Shown here piece after piece: positions 32,056 through 43,125 of a stretch of DNA of 64,000 nt. Location: positions 992,001 through 1,056,000 of the forward strand of contig OZ251239.1 in the NCBI GenBank assembly GCA_965240325.2, in the 5' to 3' direction. Origin of the DNA: Rebecca billardiae RCC1528 (taxonomy: Eukaryota; Protista; Haptophyta). The notes beneath the pieces were generated by a model that saw only the letters and a program-made list of their open reading frames with translations, searched no databases and had not been told where the DNA came from. A program made the translations under genes and the position numbers. Numbering within the stretch: the first letter of the stretch is position 1; the number at the start of each line of letters is the position of its first letter.

Positions 32056-33847
32056 GGGGGTCCAGGCCCTCAGCCTAGCGGTTGGGGATATTCGACAGGC
32101 CTGCCATGTAGGTGTCTGTCGAGGCTGTCGCCTGTTGAAGTGCCCTCTAGTATGCCCCCCAGCCCAGCCCAGCCGTCAGAAGCACTCAAAACCGACTCCG
32201 CGTGCCGTCGCGCCGTCGTGCGGGCGCGCTGCCGGCCACTTAGTGTCACATAGAGATTCAGCGAAGTGGTACCCACCCGTGATGGCGGCTAGATGACGGA
32301 ATGCGGTCGGTAGTACTTATTGACAACCGTTGCCACTCAGTCGAATGAATTTATGATGCAGCGACTGCATATTTGGCGCACCATGCTGGGCGCGTAGAAA
32401 TTCAGGAGAAACAGCAGCAGCAAGATCGAGCATGTTACCCATTTAAATACAGGTAGGTACCCGTAAATATGAGCATGTGTGTACCCGTACATACTAACGG
32501 TCGATGCGAGTCCATATGTATTCAAATCAATGTCTATATATGTGGGTACGTTCGAACACGGGCGCCGGAGATGAATATGCGGGCTCGGTCGCAACACTCG
32601 ACTCAGCCGGCACCGGCGCCGCGTCGCCAGTCGTCCTACCCCAGCCCATGAGCCCATGCGAGGCCACCACCGGTCTACGATTACCGCGGCTGCAGCGCCC
32701 AGCCACCGAGGCGGCCTCCGGCTCCGGCTCGGCGAGCTGCTCGGCGGCGAGCTTCGCGCTCTCTGACTCTGCTGCCACGCCCGCCGTGCTCACCGCCTTG
32801 ACCATAGTGCGGTCCGCGCGCTGCTCCGCTGTGATCGCCGCCAGATCCTCACGCCGCGCCTTGGCCTCGGATGTGCCTGCGCGGCTGTTGGCGGCCGTGA
32901 TGGCGCCGGCGGGCTCGGCGTCGCGCGCCTGCTCCGCGGTGAGCGTGACGTCCGTGCGCGTTCTTTGCTTCGCACATCCGTGCTGCAGCCCCACTATCCA
33001 GGCGTGCGCCTCGGCCGTGCACAGAGAACAGGCAGGGCCAAGGAAGCGGCCACTCGAGGCGGAACGCGAGAGATTCAAACCAGTAGTGCACCACCTTCTT
33101 GTTCAACAGGCCATCCTTGCCGAGCTGGGTCCATCCTGAGCGCCGTGGCGTTCTCGTGTGCCTTGAGTTGTTGCCAGAGCGCGCGGACATCGCCCAGCGA
33201 GAGGAGGTTGATGCGCTCGCGCAGCCGGCACCGGTAAGAAACTAGCGGCAGGCATCGTGATGATTACATTCAGCGTCTCGGCGTCGGAGAGAGGCGGCAC
33301 ACGCGACGGCGCGCGCTCGCCAACGCCTGCATGAGTGAATGCGGCAGTGGAAAGCATGCGTGCGGGAGTACCGCGGGGCCATCAGGGGGGCAGGTACGTG
33401 CGCAGGAACGCTACACATGGAAGGAGTATGTGTTGGGGACCGCGTATGCGCACCGTATGCGTGCGCGGCGCGCGCGCATCACCTGCAAGGGGAGCACCCT
33501 CCTCCATCTCGAGCGCATGAGCCAGCTTGAACGCACTGGCACGCGTGCAACCTCGCGGTTTCAATGTCCGACGCCGGCGACCGATATGTCCGGGGACTTC
33601 ATGGTGGTCACGTAGACTCGCTCGATCGGGCGCTCTCGACGCTCGTACGCGCTCTGTCGCGCCGAGGCGACGGTGGTGGTGACCGTCCAGTCGTGCATCT
33701 CCGTCGCCGCCAGCCCACTGAACAGCCCGACCCGGCAGCTCGCCGCGTACGCTCGCGGCGCTCGAATTTATGGCGAAACTCGCGCTCACTCCACTTGAAA
33801 ACCCGTCGAGGCATTTTTTCGATTTTATTTTGGTGTGCTGGACCCCC
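32056..33847. mobile_element. Probable TIR element (GGGGGTCCAG ends, TA-flanked) with decayed minus-strand ORF fragments
   Basis: agta|GGGGGTCCAG...CTGGACCCCC|tact. The interior has frameshifted protein-like pieces (LRERINLLSLGDVRALWQQLK; LGKDGLLNKKVVHYWFESLAF). Confidence 0.6.
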
Positions 33848-34363
33848 TACTTGATGATTATCTATGCGTGATGATGTCGTGCATGACTATAATATACGCG
33901 AGCAGCAGCCGTGATCACTCACTGATACTAATACTCGGCGAGCTCGACGACGACGGTGGCCGGCCGTGTCCGTGCGCCGAGTGGCCGACTGCCCGCGCCG
34001 ACTCGGGCCGCGCCGGCGGCGGCCTCCGCGGGACCCCCGTCCGCGCCTGACAGTGACAACCAAGCGCCGTGAGGCGTGTGATGAGGGCCCCAGTCTACGA
34101 CTAGCAGTGTGAGGCAGCCGCCGGTCTGATGGGTCTCGTCCTTAGCCCTCCAGTATCATCAGCCTTCTGCCTTGCAAGTTTGCACGCGGCGGGCCTTCAC
34201 GTGGCTCGTTTACGTTACTCCGCGAAGTCCAGAGTCCTTCATATCGCTGGAGCAGTCTCTGCAGCCCCGGCCGGAGTCGTGTCAGGACTGGCGGGGCGTG
34301 GAGAGTGCGGCAACGCAACGAGGCGCAGCGACGCGTCAGATGGCGCATCTGACTCCAATGCAG

Positions 34364-34807
34364 TCAGCGCTGGCGCTTGACGCCGGTGTAGTGATAGCGC
34401 ATGTAGTGCTTCTTCGCCAGGTACTTGGACGGGTATGTGCGCGCGCAGATGGGGCAGCGCATCGGCTGGTCCCAGGTGCTCTCAAACTCGTCAAAACCGC
34501 GCGACGCGAGCAGGCCGCCGGCGTGGGGTGCGGGCTCTTGAGCGGGCATGTCGACCGGCACCGGCACCCAGTGGTGCGCGCGCGGCGGCGAGGGCGTGGG
34601 TGTCGGGGGCTGGGTGGAAAAGGTGCCCATTCGGGCGGCCGCGAAGTGCGCGTCCGTTAGCGGCGGCGCAACAGCAGGCGCGCCGATGAGGCCGGCTGGC
34701 AGCGCCAGGCCGAGAGCGAGGGTAGCGTTGACGTACTCGACGAAGTAGAGCCTATCCTGCACGCGCTGTGCGTCCTCCTCGAGCAGGATGTGGAGGGTGA
34801 GGCACAT
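34364..34807 (-). CDS. Small C2H2 zinc-finger protein
   Basis: C-terminal CPICARTYPSKYLAKKHYMRYH followed by a basic tail KRQR; 147 aa. Confidence 0.65.
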   Translation of the reverse strand: MCLTLHILLEEDAQRVQDRLYFVEYVNATLALGLALPAGLIGAPAVAPPLTDAHFAAARMGTFSTQPPTPTPSPPRAHHWVPVPVDMPAQEPAPHAGGLLASRGFDEFESTWDQPMRCPICARTYPSKYLAKKHYMRYHYTGVKRQR

Positions 34808-35621
34808 CGACGTGTCGCTGGATGTCGAATTGATGATTGACGGGGTGGCCGCTCGCAAGGGAGGTCACGTCCTACGACTGTTCAAGTCTGGATCCCGTAT
34901 TCATTTGGGTCGCTCGCAACTTATGATATTCGGTCTTCCAATAACCGTACAGTAGTACATAGTCTGAATCAGGTCGTGAATCGTTCACCTACGTGGCGGG
35001 TCTGTGGGAGAAGATGAACCGACAGCTGCTGATGTAAGATGATGTCATAAGGCATAAGGGGAAGATCTTCCACTTTCATGAAGTTTGAACTTTGACGAAC
35101 TTTCAAGTTTCAACTTGAACTTGAGCTATCTATTACCCATGCTCATATTCAAAGAATATACCCCCATGATGTACTGTAGGGGTCCAAATGAAGTTACCCG
35201 TCTGCACTTCGCAGCGGAGCAGGGAAAGCCACGGCGGGCGTGAATGCCCGTCCCATCGCGGGCGCGTGTGGCACATCCGGGACCCGGGGGCATGTCACAC
35301 GCCGGTCGGCGTCGGCGTACGAGCACGTGGGCATATGACTGATATGAGTGACAGCTTCCCTTCCGACTTTTCGACCACTGGCTCACGTCCACGTCCACGT
35401 CCCCGTACCGGACCGTCGTGCCGGTGACCGGGGCTGCTCATGGCAAGGATGGGCAAGTAGCTGCCAGGATCACCATTCTGACGGCCATGCTGACCTCTGG
35501 GGCATGCCATGCGACGGCGCATGCTAGAGCGGGGCGATCATCGACCGACATACTGTACCACGTGACCACCACGTGGTACAGTACCACGTGGTACCACGTG
35601 GTGACAGTAAACTGTATCGTA

Positions 35622-35667
35622 CAGTTTACTAAGAATAAGAGACGCACACAGCTCAGGCAGGCGAGAT
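35622..35667 (+). repeat. 46-bp transposon-end repeat, copy A
   Basis: ta|CAGTTTACTAAGAATAAGAGACGCACACAGCTCAGGCAGGCGAGAT. Also present at 42412-42457 (-) and 51375-51422 (+). Confidence 0.9.
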
Positions 35668-36500
35668 ACGTCATCACACCTTTTGGGAGTCCGCTCACTC
35701 ATGACCGCTGCCCGTCCCGTTTAAAGAATCTATACGCAGACTACTCAACTAGCAGTACGACTACGAGCGCATCGTGCCTGACAAGTGACATCAACTCATT
35801 GAAGTAGAAAGTACGACTAGTAGTTATTACGTGACCATTAATAACGGTGAGCTCGTCGAGACCAACGTTACGCCGGCGGTGTGAACCAGCTGGCTTCCTC
35901 CGCCTGCAGTTCATGCCCATCGACCCGCCGGGACTGCCCCATCTCCTTCGCGCCGCTCAAGCCGAGCCGCCGCGCATCGCCGGCGCCGCCCGCGTCCCGC
36001 ACAACCTGTCTGTGGGGCGTGCCGCCCGCGCCGCCCGCCGCGGTGCGCCGCCCTGCTCCCCGGCCAGCCGACTAGCCGGCGGCGGACCCCGCTGGCCCGG
36101 TGGCGGAGGAGTCCGAATGGGGGGCGTCCGACGATGCCCCCTGCCCACCGCCCCAGCCGCCAGCAGCGGTCGCGCCGCCGGACCGGCTCGTGGCGCAGCA
36201 GCCCCGGCCATCGCTCGGGGAGTCCAACTGCCAGTCCGACAACAGCCTGGTGCTGCCGCCCGGTGCGGCGGCAGCTGGCAAGCGCGCGGCGACCGAGCCG
36301 TCCACGCCGGCGGACGAGGGGGATGCTCCTCCGCCGGCGAGCGCGACGCCAAGCCACTCATAAGTTGACGCTTCGTCGGCGGTACGACGCGCGATTCGTC
36401 TGCCATGCCGATGCAGCATGCTTGCACGACCGCGTACCTCGTCATCAGTCGTAGCCCGCCGCGACACCGATGATGAGCCCGCGGCGCGCCTGAGCTGTGC

Positions 36501-39500
36501 TTAGCCGGTCGTGAGCAGCCGCACGATGGCGCCCACGACGGGCGCGTGCACGACGTCGAGCTCGGGCGCGTCGAGCTTCTCGCCGATCAGCTGGTCGAGC
36601 TCCGCGCGGAGCGACGCGAGCAGCGACGCGACGCGCGCGGGCGCCCGAAACTCGAGCGCGCCGTCGTCGAGCGTGAGCAGGTGTTCTGCCGGGCGCGCGT
36701 GCAGCTGTCCGCAGAAGAGGAGGAGGGAGAGAGGCGGCGCCTCGGTCGCGCCGATCAGGAGCACCTTCGAGCCGGCCGTCGGCTGCGGCTCGCGCCCCGC
36801 GCCGCCGCCGCCGCCGCCGCCCACGCGCCTGCGCGTGTGGTAGCAGATGTGGGCCGTTCGCACGTCTCCCACGTGGAAGAGTGCGGTGCCGGCAGGCAGG
36901 AACACGCGCTCGCCGCGCGCGCCGGCGGCGGCGGAGGGCGCGGCTGCGGGCAGGGTGAAGTAGCGCACGTCGCGCGGCGCGGGCGGCTCGGCCACCGCGC
37001 CGCCCGCCGTCTGCTTGAACCGCGGCGGCGGCAGCTGCACGCGCGCCACGTTCGGATAGAGCGCGGCGCACGCGGCCGCGCGCACGAGCGCCGCGTGCGC
37101 GTGCTCGGCGGGGACGGCGCTCCCCTCTGGGTCGTACCCGCGCTCGCGCAGCGCGCGCGCGAGCGCGTCGCGGCCCTCGGCGAGCTCGCGCAGCGCGGGC
37201 TCGTGCAGGCAGAACTCCGCGCAGAACTCGCGCACCGCGCGCCGCCCGCCCGCGCGCTGCGCGCGGCGGAAGCCCTCGAACGCTCGCACGAGCCGCAGTT
37301 GCTCCGAGCGCTCATCTGACAGACGGCGGTGCGCGGCGGCGGCCGCGTCGCGCGGCACGGTGGGCCCGGCGTTGAAGAGGCGGCGCTCGAGGCCGAGGCC
37401 GGCGCCGACGGTGAGCGCGGCGTCGGCGCAGCCGAGGATGCAGCCGAGCACCGCCGCCTTGCCCGCGCGCACGTCCACGCCCAACTCACCGAGCAGCCGC
37501 CCAAGAGAAGTGAGAGGCGCGGCGGCGCCGTCGCCGGCGGTGGCGCCGAGCGCGCCGAGCGTGCGCAGGGCAGCTTGGACGGCGCGCGGCGGGGGCGGCT
37601 GCGGCGCGAGCGCGAGCGCGGCCGCCGCGTCGGAGCCGACGACGCCCAGCTGCTTCACCAGCAGGCACGCGCCCTCGAGCGGCGCCTGCAGCATCTCCGG
37701 CGGCGCGTGCGGCCGCAGAGCCGCGTGCTGCGCGCGGGTAAAAAGTGAGTACGCCACACCGGGGCGCGTGCGGCCGGCGCGGCCGCGGCGCTGGCGCGTG
37801 GCAGCGGCCGATGCCCACGTCTCGACGAGCTCTGCCACGCCGTTCTCGCCGTCGTACCGCGCCTCCTTCACCCGGCCCGTGTCGATCACCACGCTCACGT
37901 CCGCCACCGTCAGCGACGTCTCCGCCACGTTCGTCGCAACCACCACTTTGCGCGTGCCGGCCGGCGGCGGGGCAAACACCGCGCGCTGCTCGGCCGCAGG
38001 GAGCTCGGAGAAAAGGGCAAGGACGTGCAGCGAGCAGGGCGCGGGCGGCGCCGCGCCGCCGGCGGCACCGCCCTCCTCCTCCTCCTCCTCCTCCTCGTTG
38101 TCCCTCTCGCCCGCCGCGCCCGGCTGCGCCCCATCCACCGGCGTCAGCGTCTCCGCCGGTCGCGCGCGCCGCGCGCGCCCGCCGCCGAGCGCCGCGACCG
38201 CCGCCTTCACCTCGCCCACACCCGGCACAAAGATCAGGATGGCGTGGTCGAGCGGCGCGCGCGCGTGCACGTGCGCGACGAGGGCGCAGAGCAGCTCGCG
38301 CGTCGCGCCGCCCGGCGGCAGCCGGCGCAGGCCGTCGTGCGTCTCCGCATCGACAGCGTCGGCGTCCGCGGCCGCGTCGGCCGCGCCGGCCGCGTCGGCG
38401 CGCGCCCGCGGCTCGCGCCGCGCGAGCGCGCGCCGCGCGCCCGACGCAGCCTCCACCTCCGCGGACGAGGCGCCGTCGAGCACGCGGCCGCGCGGGCGCC
38501 AGCCGGCATGCGTGCGCAGCTCGACCAGAATCTCGTCGAGGTGGCTCGTCGTCACCGGGTGCGTGCGCCCGGCCACGCGCAGCACCGGCGCGGCCGGCGG
38601 AGCGCTGCCCTCAGCCGGCGGTTCGCGCGCCCCCGCCGGCACGGCCTCTGCAAAATAGCTCGCGAACAGCTGCGCGTCGGCGGTGGCGCTCATGAGCACG
38701 AGGTCTGGCAGAGGCGCGGGCGGGACGGCCGCCCCGCCGCCGCCGCCGCGCTGGCCCCTGAGCAGCGTCTGCCTCAGCAGCAGCAGCAGCAGGTCCCCGT
38801 CCAGAGAACGCTCGTGGACCTCATCGAGAACAATGGCGGAAACACCCGCGAGCGCTCTCGCCGCCGCGTCGCGCTCGCGGCGCGTCGACGCCGCAGTGGG
38901 GTTGGCGGGCGCTGCCGCCGCTGCTGCTGCTGCCGGCGGCGTGCCCTCGCCGCCCTCCGCGCCCGCCGCCTCCGCGCCCGCCGTCAGCCAGCGCAGCAGC
39001 AGCCCCGCCGTTACAAACGCAATTCTCGTATTCGGCCCGAGCCTCCTATCGCCGCGCACGGCGTAACCGACAGTCTGCCCGACCGTTTCGCCGCGCTCGG
39101 CGGCGACGCGCGCGGCGAGCGAGATGGCGGCGACGCGGCGTGGCTGCGTGACGATGATCCGCGCGGCGCCGCCCTCGCCGCGCGCCACGCTCGCCTCGAG
39201 CAAGAACTGCGGCACCTGCGTCGACTTGCCACACCCAGTCTCGCCGCTCAGCACAAGCACACGCGCGCGCCCGAGCGCGGCGCAGAGCGCGCCGCGCGCC
39301 GCCGCGATCGGCAGCGCGTTGCGCGCGGCGCGCATCTTGGCAGCCGCGCCGCCGGCGGCGTCGAGCGCGCGCTGCGCCGCCTGCAGCCGCGCGCTCTCCC
39401 GCCCGACCTCCGCCGCCGTCGGCAGCGCGAACCACGGGCCGGCGGCGCGGCGCGGCGCGCGCCGCCGGCCGCGCGCGTGCGCCGCCGCGGCCGAGCCTGA

Positions 39501-41413
39501 GTGCAGGCGCGAAATCTCGCGCTCGAGATCGGCGTCGGCGAGGCCGGCGGTGCCGAGCTCGACCGCGGCGGCAGGCGGCGGGGCGGCGCCGTCGGCCGCG
39601 CCGCCCTGCGCCTCCTCGCCAGCACCGCCCGCCGCCGCCGCCGCAAGCTGCGCTGGCATCCGCGCGGCGCGGTCGTCTGAGCGCCGCGCGGCGGCGGCGG
39701 CGGCAGCGACAGCCTGCGCGCCTCCCGCCTCGCCCCGCCGCGCCTTGGCGCCATCGGCGGCCGCCGCGCGCGACGGCGGCGCGGGCGCGAGCAGCGGCGC
39801 GGACCACAGCGCCGCGTCCGCCTCCGCGCCCTCGGCGCCCGCGCCGCCCGGCGGCACACCCGCCGCCTCGAGCGCGCGCGCCGCCGCCTCCTGAGCCGCG
39901 TGCGTCAGCGTTAGCGCGATCACGTCCGCGCGCACGGCCGCCTCCGCCTCCGCCCGAGCGCCCTCCGCGTCGTCAGGCGCTTCGGCGGCCGCGGCGAGCG
40001 CGGCGGCCGCGGCGAGCTGCGCGCGCGCGCACGCCACAGCCAGCGCGCCGTTCGCCGCGCGCGTCGCGCGCGCGACGAGCGACCCGCCGCCGCCGCCGCC
40101 GCCGCCACCGCCGCGTGACGGGCGCGCGCACGCGAGCGGCGCGGCCGCACGCAAGCGCAGCGGCTGCTGCCGCTCCGGCCCCGCGCCGCCGCCCGTCGGC
40201 GGCGCCACCTCAAAGTAGGCGTCGATGGTCCAGCAGAGCGGCCTGCCCCCCGAGCCGCCCTTGCCACCGCGCCCTCCGCCGCCCGCCACACTCGCCGCGT
40301 CAACCGAGACGGGTAAGCCGATGCGCCTATAGCGCACGCGCTGCGCGGCGCGCGGCTGGGCGTGCGCGCCTGCTGCCGCCGCCGCCGCCGCGCCCGCCGC
40401 CGCCGGCACACCCGAGGCCGCCGCGCACTCGACGGTCTGAATCTGCATGGCCGTGTCGTCCGGCCCGAGAAAGAGCGCCGCCAGCATCTCCTCAGCCTCG
40501 TCCGCCGCGTACGACGCCGACGCAGACGCCGCGGCAGCAGCGGCACCCTCCGCGCCCGCGCGTGCCGCGGCGGCCATGCTGGCCGCGGCGGCCATGCTGG
40601 CCGGGGCGGCCATGCTGAGATCACCGCTGCCGGGCGGCGCGGCGGGAGACTCCAGCGCTGCGGCGCGCGCGCGCAGCGCCTCGAGCAGCGTGAGCAGCGC
40701 GCGCGTGCGCACCGCGCCGGCCTGCGTCAAGTCACTGCCCCCGCCCGCGCCGCCGCCACTGCCACCGCCGTCGCCGCCGCTCGCCGCCGCCGCCACCCCG
40801 GCGGCCGCGTCCGCAGCGGCGCGCGCGGCGGCGAGGGCGCAAGTCACGTCCGACAGGTCAAAGCCCAGTCCGGTGAGTGTCCGGCTGTCCGGCTCAGAGC
40901 CGGCGCGCGAGCCGACGGGCGGGCCCTCGGCGGTGGGCCGAGCACGCTCGGCGCGCGCCGCGCCCGCAGGCTGGGCGGAGGCGCCGCTGTCCCCGCCACC
41001 GCCGCCGCCGCCGCCAGCGGACGATTCGTCGGCGGCGTCGGCGTCATCGCCGCCAATCACGCTCGGCGCGTTCACGACCGCCTGGATGCGGCGTTGCATG
41101 CGCAGTCCGGGCGGCAGCCGCTCCTCGGGCGTGCGCGCGCACAGCCACTCCAGCGCGCGCGCCGACAGCTCCGCCGCGCGCCCACCGCCGCCGCTTCGGC
41201 TGCCGGCCGCAAGCGGCGCGCTCGGCGCGCGCTGCGCCGGCGCGCGGCAGACCGCCAGCACCGCACGCCGTGCGTCCACGTCTGCAAAGCCGTGGGTGCG
41301 GACGTCCTCGACGGCACGCGCCTCCTCCGGCCCGTCGAGCACGCCGTTGTCGGCCGCGGCCGCCGAGCTCGCGCCCCCACCGGCTGCGGCCGCGCGCCCT
41401 GCGCCGCCACAGC

Positions 41414-41460
<47 letters not shown>

Positions 41461-41520
41461 ATGCCGGCAGCGGCGCTGGCGGCGGCGCCCAAGGCGCTGG
41501 CCGCAGAGGCCTCGATCGGA
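36501..41520 (-). CDS. DEAH-box RNA helicase, DHX57-like, 5' incomplete (no ATG at the ORF start)
   Basis: Motifs GETGCGKSTQVPQFLL, TQPRRVAA, DEVHERS, MSAT, ATNVAETSLT and QRRGRAGR, an HA2/OB tail, and an N-terminal UBA-like ALEWLC...PEERLP. Confidence 0.85.
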
Positions 41521-42321
41521 GCTCACGTTGTACGCGCTGCCGCGCGCGTCCGCCAGGCACGTCGCCACGATCGACAGCGCGCCGTCGCGCACGAATGAAT
41601 TCGCAGGCTCGCGCGTGTACGCCTGCAGCTCGTCGTTGAACTCGCCCGACGTGAAGACGTCGAAGGCCCACTTGGACTCGTCGACGCCGCCCACCCAGTT
41701 GAACTCGTCCGACCAGACCAGCTCGGTCACGGGCATCGGCGGCAGCGGCGCCGCCGCCTCCGTCGCGTTCGCGTCCAGCGCCGACGCGCAGCGGCGCAGC
41801 TCGAGCGACCGCACCCACACGACGTCCGTCGCGGCGCCGAGGTTGAGAACGACGCGCGCGAACTCGCTGTCCGCCTGCCTCTCGGGCGCGGTGAACGTGA
41901 CGCACGTGCTCGTCGTATTCGCGTCGAGCGGGAACGGCAGCCACGCGTACGCGAGCACGCGCCACGTCGGCCAGGCCAGGTCCACGCTCATCTCCATCGC
42001 CTGCCCGGCGTCCGCGCCCGCGTCGATGCGCACGCAGAGCTCGTACTCGCGGGCGCGCACGAGCTCGAGCGGGCGGATCACCTGCGTGTACCACCGGAAC
42101 CGCGTGATGGGCGGCCTGCGCGCGATCCGGATGCTGCCGTCCGTCTGGTTGTAGCTCACCAGCATGTCCTCCAGCTCGGTGCCTGACTCGTTGCGCCAGA
42201 TCGTCCAGGGGACGGTGTGCTTGGAGATGGGGTACCCCGCCATCTCCGGCTCGCGCGCGAGCTCGACCTCCTCGTAGAAGTCGGCGCACGCGCCGAGCAC
42301 GGCCAGCGCAACGACGAGCAT
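41521..42321 (-). pseudogene. 5' fragment of a secreted CBM4-like + GH16 (laminarinase-type) gene, catalytic half missing
   Basis: Signal peptide, then a CBM4-like beta-sandwich, then LVWSDEF...DESKW...NDELQAYT...NSFVRDGALSIVA...YNVSS. Homology then stops and no EIDIxE motif follows. Confidence 0.75.
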
Positions 42322-42411
42322 CGCGCCGATGGACTCGTCGCTGGCCGCGACGACCTGCGCGCGGCAGAGCTACCGCGGGTAGGAGTATGGCACCTACACC
42401 TGCCACTGTCA

Positions 42412-42457
42412 ATCTCGCCTGCCTGAGCTGTGAGCGTCTCTTATTCTTAGTAAACTG
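42412..42457 (-). repeat. 46-bp transposon-end repeat, copy B (inverted partner of 35622-35667)
   Basis: One mismatch to copy A, followed by TA. Confidence 0.9.
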
Positions 42458-43125
42458 TACTACTGTACTAGGATGGCGCGGCTAAAAAGCTGTTTGTCGA
42501 GATCTCCAGATCGCTTCACGAGATTGACGCGCCACCGGGGCCTCACCAGGCCGCGCGCGCGTGTCAGTTCGGCCCCCTGCATCGCCGCCTGTGGCACCAG
42601 CCAAGCTCGGCGACGCTCCCCCAGCTGACACGCGTGGTGCTCTCCCGCCTGGCGCTTTGCGCAGCACCCCCTGGCAGTGCGGCGCGAGCTCAGCTGACGC
42701 AGGTGTGCAGCCGCCCGTCGTCATGGCCACGTCGTCGCCGGTGGCGCGCGGATTTCGCGGGCCGGGCCAACGACCGCCGTGGTGATCAGTGATGATTGAT
42801 TGATGTGGCCAACACCGGCAACGGACGTCGCGCGGCGCGGCGACGGCGACGAGTGAAGGCGGACTGCGCCCGGAGGTTGGAGGGATGAGGTGCCGTCAGC
42901 CATGCTGACTTGATGCCCCGTCTGATGCGATGCCGTCAACCGTTGTCAACGTCAACTACGCGCGCCACATGCATTACTACCGAACAGGGAAAAACGGAAA
43001 ACAAAAACCCGGCCGGAAACCCGGCCGTTCCGGCCGAACCCGGCCGTTCCGGCCGCATTCGCCTGGTCTAGTGGTCCTTGCCACGCGCGGACGCGTCCAT
43101 CGAACGACACCGAGGCGCAGGCGCG

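Noticed and set aside
35847-36467. Short ORFs between the TIR copy and the helicase stop
   Set aside because: They are low-complexity, with no recognisable motif or convincing start.
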